This document shows positions 56,372 to 64,000 of a DNA stretch of 64,000 nt, one piece after another. This stretch comes from Candidatus Binatia bacterium (GTDB taxonomy: Bacteria; Desulfobacterota; Binatia; UBA9968). The stretch is from NCBI GenBank assembly GCA_036506735.1, contig DASXRG010000038.1, forward strand, positions 6,856 to 70,855, given 5' to 3'. Every line of letters starts with the position of its first letter. The first letter of the stretch is position 1. The position numbers and the translations under genes were made by a program. Below the pieces are notes generated by a model. It saw only the letters and a list, made by a program, of their open reading frames with translations, had not been told where the DNA came from and made no database searches.

Positions 56372-57565
56372 CTAGGACCACAGTCTCGTAAAGCGCTCGC
56401 CGAACTGGCGCGCAATCTCGCGCGATTCGATGACCACGCTGAGATCGTCGTACAGGAAGTAAGAGCCCGCCGACCAGTTGTGGCTGCCGACGATCACGCG
56501 CTCTCCGTCGACGATCACGAACTTCGAGTGCAGCAGCTTGTCCGCGGGATCGAAGCGGCAGGCGACGCCGGCCTGGTCAAAAAGCTGCTTGGCGGGCGCA
56601 TTGATGATCGCCGAACGATAAGGATCTTCCTCACGGTCCTGGTCCATCAGCACCCGCACTTCGACGCCGCGACCGTGCGCGGCGATCAGCGAGTCGATCA
56701 GCGCGCGGGTCGGGTGTTGCGGCGACGCGCACGCGATGTGAAACATGCAAACCTCGATCGTGGCCCGCGCGTCGTCGAAAAGCGCGGGCAGAGCGCGGTA
56801 GTATTCGATCCCGGAAAGGACGCCCATCCATTCGGCCTCGGTCTCGGGCGGCGTCAGCGGCGTCGGCACTTGGCGGATGCGCTGCGCCCGTGCCGCCGGG
56901 TGCGGGTCTTGAGCCGTCTCCGCCGCCAGCATATCGAGCGCCGCGGCCAGCCGTTGCCGCGCGCCGTCGCCCGGCTGTCGACCGACCAGGGTGGCCACGT
57001 CACGCGCGAAATCGCCGGAGGCGCGCGGGTATTCCGGCAGCGTCTCGCCCGGACCGTCGAACCAAACCGCCCGTGCAATCTGGTCGCGCCGCTGCGCGCC
57101 GATTCCTTTCACCCGGTCATCGAAGTCGTCCAGCGAAGCGAACCGGCCGTGCGCGGTGCGCTCGTCGACGACCCGCCGGCAGACGGTTGCATCCAACCCG
57201 AGCGCGGCCAATTGCTCGACCGGCGCGCGGTTGAGCCGCACGCGCTCGACGCGCTCGATCACCGAGCCGAGCTTGGGGATCGCCGAGCGGTGCTCCATTT
57301 GCCCCGGCGGCACCGGAGAAGCGGCCGCCTGCGCCATAAGGTGGCGCGTCGCTTCGTGCAGCCACTGCCGCGCGATCGCGGTACATTCGGCGGCCGACCT
57401 CGGCTCCTCGCACAGCGGCAGCCCGCCGACATGTTTGAGGACGCGAGCGACCACCGGCCGGAGTCCGGTCAAATCCACGCTTGCCTCCACTCCGGCCGCG
57501 TCGCCGAGTTGCCGCAGCAGATCGTCGGTCGCGAGCGCTTCCCACTCGAATTTGTACATGGTCAT
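56372..57565 (-). CDS. PLD-superfamily (single HKD) protein with N-terminal region and helix-hairpin-helix DNA-binding-like segment
   Basis: C-terminal HSKFVIVDGERVIVGSHNWS (HxK-x4-D-x6-GSxN). Central LNRAPVEQLAALGLDATVCRRVVDERTAHGRFASLDDFDDRVKGIGAQRRDQI resembles ComEA-type HhH. ATG at 57565 gives an ATGA overlap with the upstream PLD gene. Confidence 0.7.
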   Translation of the reverse strand: MTMYKFEWEALATDDLLRQLGDAAGVEASVDLTGLRPVVARVLKHVGGLPLCEEPRSAAECTAIARQWLHEATRHLMAQAAASPVPPGQMEHRSAIPKLGSVIERVERVRLNRAPVEQLAALGLDATVCRRVVDERTAHGRFASLDDFDDRVKGIGAQRRDQIARAVWFDGPGETLPEYPRASGDFARDVATLVGRQPGDGARQRLAAALDMLAAETAQDPHPAARAQRIRQVPTPLTPPETEAEWMGVLSGIEYYRALPALFDDARATIEVCMFHIACASPQHPTRALIDSLIAAHGRGVEVRVLMDQDREEDPYRSAIINAPAKQLFDQAGVACRFDPADKLLHSKFVIVDGERVIVGSHNWSAGSYFLYDDLSVVIESREIARQFGERFTRLWS

Positions 57566-58077
57566 TTCACGAACGCCCGGCTCCATTGCTGCTGGAAGAG
57601 CGCCGCGACGTGGGCGGCGAAATCGGGCGAGAGCACGAGCACGCTGTCCTGCGTTTGATCGCCGAAGGCGCCGGCGGACCAGTTGTGCGACCCGGTGAGC
57701 ACGTAGTCGTCGGCGACGACGAACTTCGCGTGGCTGCCGCGCACTTTATGGCTCGTCAGCCAGCGGCAGGGAATATCAAGCTGTAAGGCCCGGGCGCGGG
57801 CCAAATCCGCCGTCTGGGCGATGCCGAAGTTGTCGCGCGAGCCGCCGAGCAGGAGCCGGACGTCCACGCCGCGCCAGCGCGCTGCGGCCAGGTCCTCGAG
57901 CAATTCGTCCACGATCAACTCGGAATCGCTGAGCGGCAACGGATCGACGATGAACAGGCTGCACAGCAACGAGCGCTCGGCCGCCGCCACGAGCGCGCGC
58001 ACCTCCGAGTGATACGCGCCGTCGGAGACCAGGCGCACGCGCGGCCGGAGCACCCCGGTCGGAATCGGCGCCGTCAC
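57562..58077 (-). CDS. Small PLD-superfamily (single HKD, Nuc-like size) protein
   Basis: 171 aa; HAKFVVADDYVLTGSHNWS; GTGA overlap with the upstream gene. Confidence 0.7.
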   Translation of the reverse strand: MTAPIPTGVLRPRVRLVSDGAYHSEVRALVAAAERSLLCSLFIVDPLPLSDSELIVDELLEDLAAARWRGVDVRLLLGGSRDNFGIAQTADLARARALQLDIPCRWLTSHKVRGSHAKFVVADDYVLTGSHNWSAGAFGDQTQDSVLVLSPDFAAHVAALFQQQWSRAFVK

Positions 58078-58379
58078 AAACTATCTCCGAGCCCAGCGTG
58101 CTTGAGCGCGAGCCGCGCCACGGTGCGCGCGAAGCGGAGGGCGTCGTCGTGATGCTGCAGCCGGTCATAGGCCGCCGCGGCGCGCCCGGTAAGCGCGGCG
58201 AGAAGTCCCATCTGCCGCGCGTCCTTGCGATCGATCGCCCCCGACATGGCTTCGACGAGCCTGAGCGCCGAGCGCTCGCCGAGCTGCAATAACTCGAAAC
58301 GCCGCGCGTGCCGCTCGTACATTTCATGGCGCTTGAGCGCGGCGAACTCTTTGTCGGTGAGCGCGGTGAAGTCGGCCAT
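58074..58379 (-). CDS. Hypothetical all-helical protein (101 aa)
   Basis: ORF bracketed by 1-nt and 4-nt junctions with its neighbours. No motif recognised. Confidence 0.45.
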   Translation of the reverse strand: MADFTALTDKEFAALKRHEMYERHARRFELLQLGERSALRLVEAMSGAIDRKDARQMGLLAALTGRAAAAYDRLQHHDDALRFARTVARLALKHAGLGDSL

Positions 58380-58380
58380 T

Positions 58381-58932
58381 TCACTCCTCCTCGGGCAGGC
58401 TCCAATCGCTCGGCAGCGGCGGATCCGAACTTTCGACTTCGCGCTCGAGCGCGTCGGCGCCGAATTGATTGAGAACGTCTTGAATCGGCGACTCGCCGAT
58501 CTTGCCCTTGCCCTTGCATTGGTCCTTGACCGCCTTGAGGAAGGCCGCGGCGAAGGCCTGGGCCATCTGCTCGCGCTCTTCTTTGCTTGTCTCCCATTCC
58601 GCGTCGGTGTCCGGGTCGAACTCCTCGTCGAGCTGATCGTGCAGCCCGTGCATCAACTCGTGCGACGCCGAACTGTACGCGTAGTCGAAGCCGTCGGTGG
58701 TGCTCCCGGGATGGTTCTCGAAGAGGTCGGGGTCGAGGTAGAGCGTGTCGGTGTTGCCGTCCCACTCGGCGCGGTGGCCGGGATTATGCGGCGGCGCCTC
58801 GCGCTTGATCTGAAAATTGTCGTTTATCCCGAGGCGCCGCGCCAAATCCCTGAGGTTCTGCTCGGTGTCATGAAAGCGCTTATCTGCCGTGAAGCTATTC
58901 CAGTTTTCCAATTGCTCGCAAAGACCCGCCAT
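58381..58932 (-). CDS. Hypothetical acidic protein with HExxH motif (putative Zn-metallopeptidase)
   Basis: SSASHELMHGLHDQL in a 183-aa ORF with an acidic C-terminal tail (SDWSLPEEE). First gene of the four-gene operon. Confidence 0.5.
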   Translation of the reverse strand: MAGLCEQLENWNSFTADKRFHDTEQNLRDLARRLGINDNFQIKREAPPHNPGHRAEWDGNTDTLYLDPDLFENHPGSTTDGFDYAYSSASHELMHGLHDQLDEEFDPDTDAEWETSKEEREQMAQAFAAAFLKAVKDQCKGKGKIGESPIQDVLNQFGADALEREVESSDPPLPSDWSLPEEE

Positions 58933-59074
58933 GACGCGCCTCCTCGCCGGCCCGGTCGCGCGGGCCGTGCGCGATCATCGAACGCGTGAGGCTTAATACA
59001 ACGGTGCCGCGTTTGCAAGTCGAGGTTGTATTCCAAGGAGCGGCTATTTTATAAACAATCAGGAGGAAAGGGCT

Positions 59075-59485
59075 ATGGCGAACCGCTGGCTTTTCAAAAC
59101 GGAACCGACTGCGTATTCGTTTCAACAATTAGACAAAGACAAGCGTACGGTGTGGGACGGCGTGAAGAACAACCTCGCGCTCAAGCATCTGAGCAAGATC
59201 AAGCATGGGGATTCGATTTTCATCTACCACACCGGCGACGAGAAGGCCGTGGTCGGGGTCGCCAAAGCGCTGAGCGAGGCGTATCCGGACCCGGCGCAGA
59301 AAGACCCCAAGCTGCGCGTCGTCGAAATCGAGGCGGAAAAAGCGCTGCCGCGACCGGTCGCGCTGGCGGAAATAAAATCCAACCCGAAGTTGCAAAGCTT
59401 CGACCTGGCGCGTCTGCCGCGCCTATCGGTGATGCCGGTGAGCGACGAACAATGGAAGATCATCGAAGAGCTGTCACGCCGGTAA
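59075..59485 (+). CDS. EVE (PUA-like) domain protein
   Basis: MANRWLFKTEPTAYSFQQL...VWDGVKNNLALKHLSKIKHGDSIFIYHTG...VVGVAKA is the canonical EVE/DUF55 N-terminal pattern; AGGAGGA Shine-Dalgarno. Confidence 0.75.
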   Translation: MANRWLFKTEPTAYSFQQLDKDKRTVWDGVKNNLALKHLSKIKHGDSIFIYHTGDEKAVVGVAKALSEAYPDPAQKDPKLRVVEIEAEKALPRPVALAEIKSNPKLQSFDLARLPRLSVMPVSDEQWKIIEELSRR

Positions 59486-59663
59486 TCACCGGAAGTGGAT
59501 TACGCTCCGGCTGATTCCGTCAAGCCTCAAAACACGTAAAAATTTCCCTCCCCGCCTACTTTTTTACGGGCGCGATCCCCGCTGATCGCCGATAAGTTCT
59601 TTAATTTACCTGACTATTTGTTGGCATGGCCGTTGCTCTGGCTTCTCCTTGGCTGGAGGCAAT

Positions 59664-60065
59664 ATGGAAACGCTACGGAGCAACCCCGCTTGGAAAATGG
59701 CCATCATCATGCTGATCGCCTTGACCTGCCTTTTTATCTTTCTGGTCGCCTTGGCCTCCTCCCAGGCCGGTGATAGCGCTCAGGCTGCCCGCGACAAAGC
59801 CATGTTGACAGCTTTGGCCGCCGCCCAGGCTATCCCTTCCGAAAGCGAGGACGGGCACAAATTCCTGAATGATTTTGTGCTGGTTCCGGGGAGCGCCGTT
59901 CTGGTCGACGATCACCACGTTCTGGCGTTGTACAAAAATGAGGGAAAGGATTTTTATGCGGTGCTTTTGTTCAGCGTCGATTGCGATCGAACGGGCTGCA
60001 CTCCCAACCAGCTTCTCGCCTTCTCGATAGTCGATAGCGACGGTCAGGATATCCAGGTCGCATAA
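59664..60065 (+). CDS. Hypothetical membrane-anchored protein
   Basis: N-terminal TM (WKMAIIMLIALTCLFIFLVALA); GGAGG upstream of the ATG at 59664. No family recognised. Confidence 0.4.
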   Translation: METLRSNPAWKMAIIMLIALTCLFIFLVALASSQAGDSAQAARDKAMLTALAAAQAIPSESEDGHKFLNDFVLVPGSAVLVDDHHVLALYKNEGKDFYAVLLFSVDCDRTGCTPNQLLAFSIVDSDGQDIQVA

Positions 60066-60163
60066 CATCGAAGTGAACAAGTCGAGGAGCACGTCGTCAT
60101 ACATATATATGAGGTCGGTTAGGTCAGAGTAGGACATCCGGCATCGGCAAAAGGAGGTGGAAG

Positions 60164-60514
60164 ATGGAAGCAGGTAAGGCAAGGACATCCCTCGGAGCGA
60201 CGGTCAAGATTTCGCATCAACATTGGCTGCGCGGGCTTGAGCAGGGAATGGTGATCGGTTACCGGCCGCGCGCGCAAAAAAATTGGCTGGTCAAATTCGA
60301 CGAAAGGTATCCCGGCGGCGGAATCGACGGGGATAAGCTGTACTTCAACGAAAGCGAATTCATAGAAATCCGTGACCCGGACGCGTCTCTCGAAACGCCC
60401 ACGTTGGCCTCAAATGAATTTCTCATCTCTGCGCCCGGGCTGGGTGAAAAACCGGCCGTGGCGTCAAACGAGTTTGTCATCTCCGCGGCCAACGGCCACG
60501 ACATCCGACAATAA
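60164..60514 (+). CDS. Hypothetical protein (116 aa) with internal ASNEF[LV]ISA duplication
   Basis: Strong Shine-Dalgarno (AAAGGAGGTGGAAG-ATG). The nine-residue motif is repeated at 60407-60433 and 60461-60487. Confidence 0.45.
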   Translation: MEAGKARTSLGATVKISHQHWLRGLEQGMVIGYRPRAQKNWLVKFDERYPGGGIDGDKLYFNESEFIEIRDPDASLETPTLASNEFLISAPGLGEKPAVASNEFVISAANGHDIRQ

Positions 60515-60662
60515 GCCAAATTTCTTTTTCCGCTCGCAACCTGCCACCCAGCGCCGTCTCCCGTGAGACGGCGCTCCTCTCTCAGCCGCTGTCGCCCTCT
60601 CGAACTTGAAGAAATCGGTTGTTCTAGGGTAGCGTACCCGAACAATCTTCTGAGGAGGGTGT

Positions 60663-62087
60663 ATGCCATTCGCAGAGCTTCGCCGGCTGGGATTTCTTAT
60701 TGTGTTGTTCGCCGCGCCGGCCTGGGCACAGACGCGCCCGGTGGTGATCCAGGGCGGGACTCTCATCGACGGCAGCGGACGGCAGCCGCTCTACGACGCG
60801 GCGATCGTCTTCCAAGAGGGCCGCATCCGCGACGTCGGCGAGAGAGGGAAGGTCTCAGTGCCGCAAGGCGCAGAGGTCATCGACGCCAAGGGCAAGACGA
60901 TTTTGCCGGGGCTGATCGACGGCCATTGCCACCTGCGCGACTGGATGGGCGAGCTTTATCTCCACTTCGGCATCACGACGTGCCCGACGATCTCCAACAA
61001 TCCGACCGAATGGGTGATCGCCCAGAGAGAGGGCGTGCGCAACGGCACAATCCGCGGGCCGCGCGTCTGGGCCTCGGGCAACGTCATCGACGGACCGCCG
61101 CCCGAGGGATTGAGCGGGCTCCGGCGCCAGCGCATGAGCGTCTTCGTCGAGACCGAGGACGAGGCGCGCAAAGCGGTTCGCGGGGGGGTGGAAAAAGGCG
61201 TGGACGGCTTCAAGCTGTTCGAGCGGCTGCAGCCGAAAATCGCCAAAGCCGCGACGGAGGAAGCGCACCGCCTGGGCAAGCCGGTCCTCGCGCATACGCT
61301 CGATATTTTTGCCGCGGCCGACGCCGGTTACCAATCCGTCGAGCACTCGTGGTCCGTGCTCTTCACCTCGATTCAGGATCCCAAGAAAAAATCCGATCTC
61401 GACATCGCGCGCATCATGGGAAAAATCAGCACCGCGGAAGCCCACGTTCACATGGAGCCGGCGCAGTTCGACAAGATCATCCAGGCGATGGTGGCGAAAA
61501 ACGTCCACTGGAGCCCGACGTGGGGCACGACGTTTCGCCCGCTCTCGCCGCGCACGGCACAAATGCGCGAGCGTGAGCTGGCGCTGCTAAAAAATCCGGA
61601 TCTCCGTTATCTCCCTGCTTATCTTCCCAAGGATAGCCAGCGACTCTACTCGCTTTACGAGGACGCGTCGCTGGAAAAACGGGCGCAGCTTCTCGCCGGC
61701 TATAAGATGGTCCAGGATTTCGCCCGGCGCTTCGTCGCCGCGGGCGGCAAAATTCATCTCGGCTCCGATCCGGGCTACATCCTGGCGGGCTACGCGCTCC
61801 ACGTTGAGCTTCAGCTCGCGGTCGAAGCCGGCCTCACCCCGCTCCAGGCGATTCGGGGCGCGAGCCTGAACGTCGCCGAGGCATGGGGCAAACAGAAAGA
61901 CTACGGCAGCGTCGAGAACGGCAAGGTCGCCGACCTCGTGATCGTCGACGGCGATCCGCTGAAAGACATCGCGGCGACCCAGCGGGTGGAGAAATTTTTC
62001 ATGGACGGCAGGCCGGTCGACCTCTCGTTCCACCCGGACTACAAGAATCCGATTCCACGGCCGATTCCGGATCGGCCGGGGGAATAA
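60663..62087 (+). CDS. Secreted amidohydrolase-family metallohydrolase
   Basis: Signal peptide; GLIDGHCHL metal motif, VLAHT, HLGSD and C-terminal VADLVIVDGDPL typical of the amidohydrolase superfamily. Confidence 0.8.
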   Translation: MPFAELRRLGFLIVLFAAPAWAQTRPVVIQGGTLIDGSGRQPLYDAAIVFQEGRIRDVGERGKVSVPQGAEVIDAKGKTILPGLIDGHCHLRDWMGELYLHFGITTCPTISNNPTEWVIAQREGVRNGTIRGPRVWASGNVIDGPPPEGLSGLRRQRMSVFVETEDEARKAVRGGVEKGVDGFKLFERLQPKIAKAATEEAHRLGKPVLAHTLDIFAAADAGYQSVEHSWSVLFTSIQDPKKKSDLDIARIMGKISTAEAHVHMEPAQFDKIIQAMVAKNVHWSPTWGTTFRPLSPRTAQMRERELALLKNPDLRYLPAYLPKDSQRLYSLYEDASLEKRAQLLAGYKMVQDFARRFVAAGGKIHLGSDPGYILAGYALHVELQLAVEAGLTPLQAIRGASLNVAEAWGKQKDYGSVENGKVADLVIVDGDPLKDIAATQRVEKFFMDGRPVDLSFHPDYKNPIPRPIPDRPGE

Positions 62088-62090
62088 GAA

Positions 62091-62164
62091 AGGCGGAGGG
62101 ATGAAGGCTGAAAAAAATACAAAAGAGAGTTTCTTTTTCATCCCTCATCCCTCATCCTTCATCC
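62091..62164. repeat. Heptamer-periodic inverted repeat (GGATGAG / CATCCCT family)
   Basis: AGGCGGAGGGATGAAGGCTGAA ... TTCATCCCT CATCCCT CATCCTT CATCC. Confidence 0.75.
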
Positions 62165-63153
62165 TTGTCATGTTTGCCGCGACGTTTTTTGTCTCCTCCA
62201 TTTGGGCACAAGAACCCAAAACATTGACGGTCGTCTCCTATCCCGCCCGGCCGCCGAAACTTTCTCTCTGGCTCGCGCTGGAAGAAAAGCTTTTCGCCAA
62301 ATACGGCCTGAACGTCGCCGTGAAAGAATTGGACTCGAGCGATGAGCTGCTGCGCGCGCTCGGGAAACGAGAAGGGGATATCTACGCCGCGACCGCGACC
62401 CACGTCATCTCCGGCATCGGCGACGGCGCCGATTTGGTTTTTATCGCCAACACCGGCTACAGCGTGCTCAAGCTCCTGGCGCGTCCCGAGATCAGCCGTC
62501 CGGAAGAGCTCAAGGGCAAGAAGGTCGGCACCGGCGAGGCCGGCAGCAACCAGGACCGGATCACGCGCCAGACGCTCTTGCGTCTGGGGCTGAATCCCGA
62601 CAAAGACGTGACCCTGGTTTCTTTCGGCAGCCGGAGCGTCACCCGCTTGAACGCGCTGCTCGAGGGCAAGATCGACGCGACGACCAGCAACGAGGACAAT
62701 ATTTACGATCTCGAACGCAGGGGCGGTCTCGGCAAGGTCCGCGTTTTGGCCGACAACGACAGCCTCAAGCTCTACATCGGCGCGGGGGTGGACTTCGCGG
62801 TCTCGCGCGCGCTGCTCGGGCGCGCGCGGGAAAAGGTCAAGAATTTTCTCCGGGCGCTGTGCGAATCGATCGCGCTGGGCAAAAAGTCGCGCGCGGCGGC
62901 GGATCGCGTGTACACCAAGTATCTCCAAGTCAAAGATCCGGCGATGCTGGATTTCATGTACCGTACTTACGTGCAAGGCGCGATTCCCGAGCGGCCGTAT
63001 CCGAAGTCGGAAGTCATCGCGCTGGGCCTGGAGGAATTCGGCGCCAAGCCCGGAGTCAAAGGGAAAAGAGCGGAAGAGCTGATCGACGTCAGTTTACTGA
63101 AAGAGCTGGAGCAGGAAGGTTTCTTCGACCGGCTGTACGGAGCCGCCAGGTAA
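62101..63153 (+). CDS. NMT1-like ABC substrate-binding protein
   Basis: LKGKKVGTGEAGSNQD pattern and overall similarity to the other SBPs in the window. The start is uncertain: 62101 lies inside the hairpin, and the alternative ATG is at 62170. Confidence 0.6.
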   Translation: MKAEKNTKESFFFIPHPSSFILVMFAATFFVSSIWAQEPKTLTVVSYPARPPKLSLWLALEEKLFAKYGLNVAVKELDSSDELLRALGKREGDIYAATATHVISGIGDGADLVFIANTGYSVLKLLARPEISRPEELKGKKVGTGEAGSNQDRITRQTLLRLGLNPDKDVTLVSFGSRSVTRLNALLEGKIDATTSNEDNIYDLERRGGLGKVRVLADNDSLKLYIGAGVDFAVSRALLGRAREKVKNFLRALCESIALGKKSRAAADRVYTKYLQVKDPAMLDFMYRTYVQGAIPERPYPKSEVIALGLEEFGAKPGVKGKRAEELIDVSLLKELEQEGFFDRLYGAAR

Positions 63154-63168
63154 TCGCAAGATTCCGCC

Positions 63169-64000
63169 ATGTCTGAAGTTCGCATTCTGCTCCTTAAACC
63201 GGGCGGGAAAAGCCCTTCGCCGACGGACCAGTCCTTGGGCGCGTCTCTGGCGGCCACGTACGGGCGGCTTGATGTCAGCCTGGAAGTCGAAACATTTCGC
63301 CCCAAAGACCTGAACGATTTGGCCGCGGCGGTCAGGCGCTGGAAGGGAAGGATCGACGGCGTCGTCGCGACGACCAACGTTCCCGAATCGACGAGACTGG
63401 GAGAGGTTTCCGAAGAGCTTAAATTTCTTTGCTTCGTCTCCAACAACAATCCGGCGGTCTGGCAACATCGCCGGACGATTTTTCACATCGGCGTGCCGAC
63501 GCGCCTGACCTCCGCCGCCGTCGCCGACCAGCTGCTCAACCAAGTGGGAACGAAACGCATCTATCTGTTCCACGACGAGACCGAATTCCAAAGGCGCGTA
63601 TCCGACAACACGGGTGCCTTTCTGACGGACCTGGGCGCGGAAGTCCGCGCCGGCGCCGCGACGCGCGTCGATTGGCTCGACGACGTCCGCTCGTGGACGC
63701 CCGAGCTGATCTACCTCGTGCTTTCGGACGAAGCGCGCGCATTGACATTGGTCCGGAAACTGCGCGGCGTTTTTCCTCGGCTGCCGCTGCTTCTCGGGCG
63801 CTCGCTGCTGCGCCGGAGCTTCATCGATGCGGTGGGAAAAGATACTGAAGCGTTGCTTTTCGTCGACATGTTTCAGCGCGGCGCGCCGCGGACGGGGGAG
63901 GAGGCGGCGTTTGCAAAGGCGCTCGCCGACGCCGGCGTTTCGATTCCGACTGCAAATCACGGCTTCGGCTGGGACGCGATGATCCTCTGCGCCGGCGCGC
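63169..64000 (+). CDS. Type-1 periplasmic-binding-fold (LivK-like) protein, 3'-truncated at window edge
   Basis: Open frame from the ATG at 63169 to the end of the window; it is absent from the ORF track because it has no stop. Translation MSEVRILLLKPGG...IYLFHDETEFQRRVSDNTGAFLTDLGAEV... resembles the alternating beta-alpha pattern of LivK-type proteins. No signal peptide. Confidence 0.45.
   Translation, partial: MSEVRILLLKPGGKSPSPTDQSLGASLAATYGRLDVSLEVETFRPKDLNDLAAAVRRWKGRIDGVVATTNVPESTRLGEVSEELKFLCFVSNNNPAVWQHRRTIFHIGVPTRLTSAAVADQLLNQVGTKRIYLFHDETEFQRRVSDNTGAFLTDLGAEVRAGAATRVDWLDDVRSWTPELIYLVLSDEARALTLVRKLRGVFPRLPLLLGRSLLRRSFIDAVGKDTEALLFVDMFQRGAPRTGEEAAFAKALADAGVSIPTANHGFGWDAMILCAGA

Noticed and set aside
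56321-58765. 445-aa (+) and 329-aa (-) ORFs overlapping the PLD operon
   Set aside because: Arg/Ala/Pro-rich shadow ORFs. The four chosen ORFs have HKD/HExxH motifs and coupled junctions.
63094-63960. 288-aa minus-strand ORF at the right end
   Set aside because: Arg-rich antisense shadow of the open plus-strand frame that starts at 63169 and has a plausible binding-protein-like sequence.

Overview
High-GC chromosomal segment (about two-thirds G+C by eye, not computed) from a diderm bacterium. Gene content and repeat style resemble uncultivated soil or sediment lineages, but the taxon cannot be fixed from sequence alone. I support about 65 protein-coding genes and saw no rRNA, tRNA or CRISPR array. 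Gene order: trpB (5'-truncated)-trpA, folC, lptD, a cupin; a complete type II secretion locus (gspE, then two opposite-strand genes for a Cys-rich secreted protein and a DsbA-like oxidoreductase, then gspF-G-H-I-J-K-L-M, a gspC/pilP-like gene and gspD); an M42-like peptidase; MoxR/VWA/XdhC x2 maturation genes; ribK(archaeal type)-ubiX-fni plus two PNPOx-like flavoproteins; MacA/MacB-type efflux; an NMT1-type binding protein; rnr, DUF4911, AsmA; a thiolase/hbd/crotonase operon with a divergent TetR; peroxiredoxin, VIT1, nfo, DUF885; a polytopic membrane-TPR protein; a PhtD-like/DapA-like/SBP cluster; a four-gene PLD-nuclease-type operon; EVE; two small unknown ORFs; an amidohydrolase; and two more binding proteins. 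Main points: (1) a 2.13-kb AT-richer islet is integrated into the 3' end of rnr between perfect 50-bp direct repeats. It carries an SRA-like/Mrr restriction nuclease and two unknown genes but no recombinase. (2) A translationally coupled HExxH / small helical / PLD / HhH-PLD operon lies next to an EVE gene and is a candidate uncharacterised DNA-targeting system. (3) Two adjacent minor pseudopilins have about 40-aa leaders sharing a 22-aa block whose five nucleotide differences are all synonymous. (4) At least twelve intergenic hairpins have arms built from degenerate tandem heptamers, and a separate ~120-nt structured repeat flanks gspE. All functional calls rest on motif recognition by eye; no database search was run.
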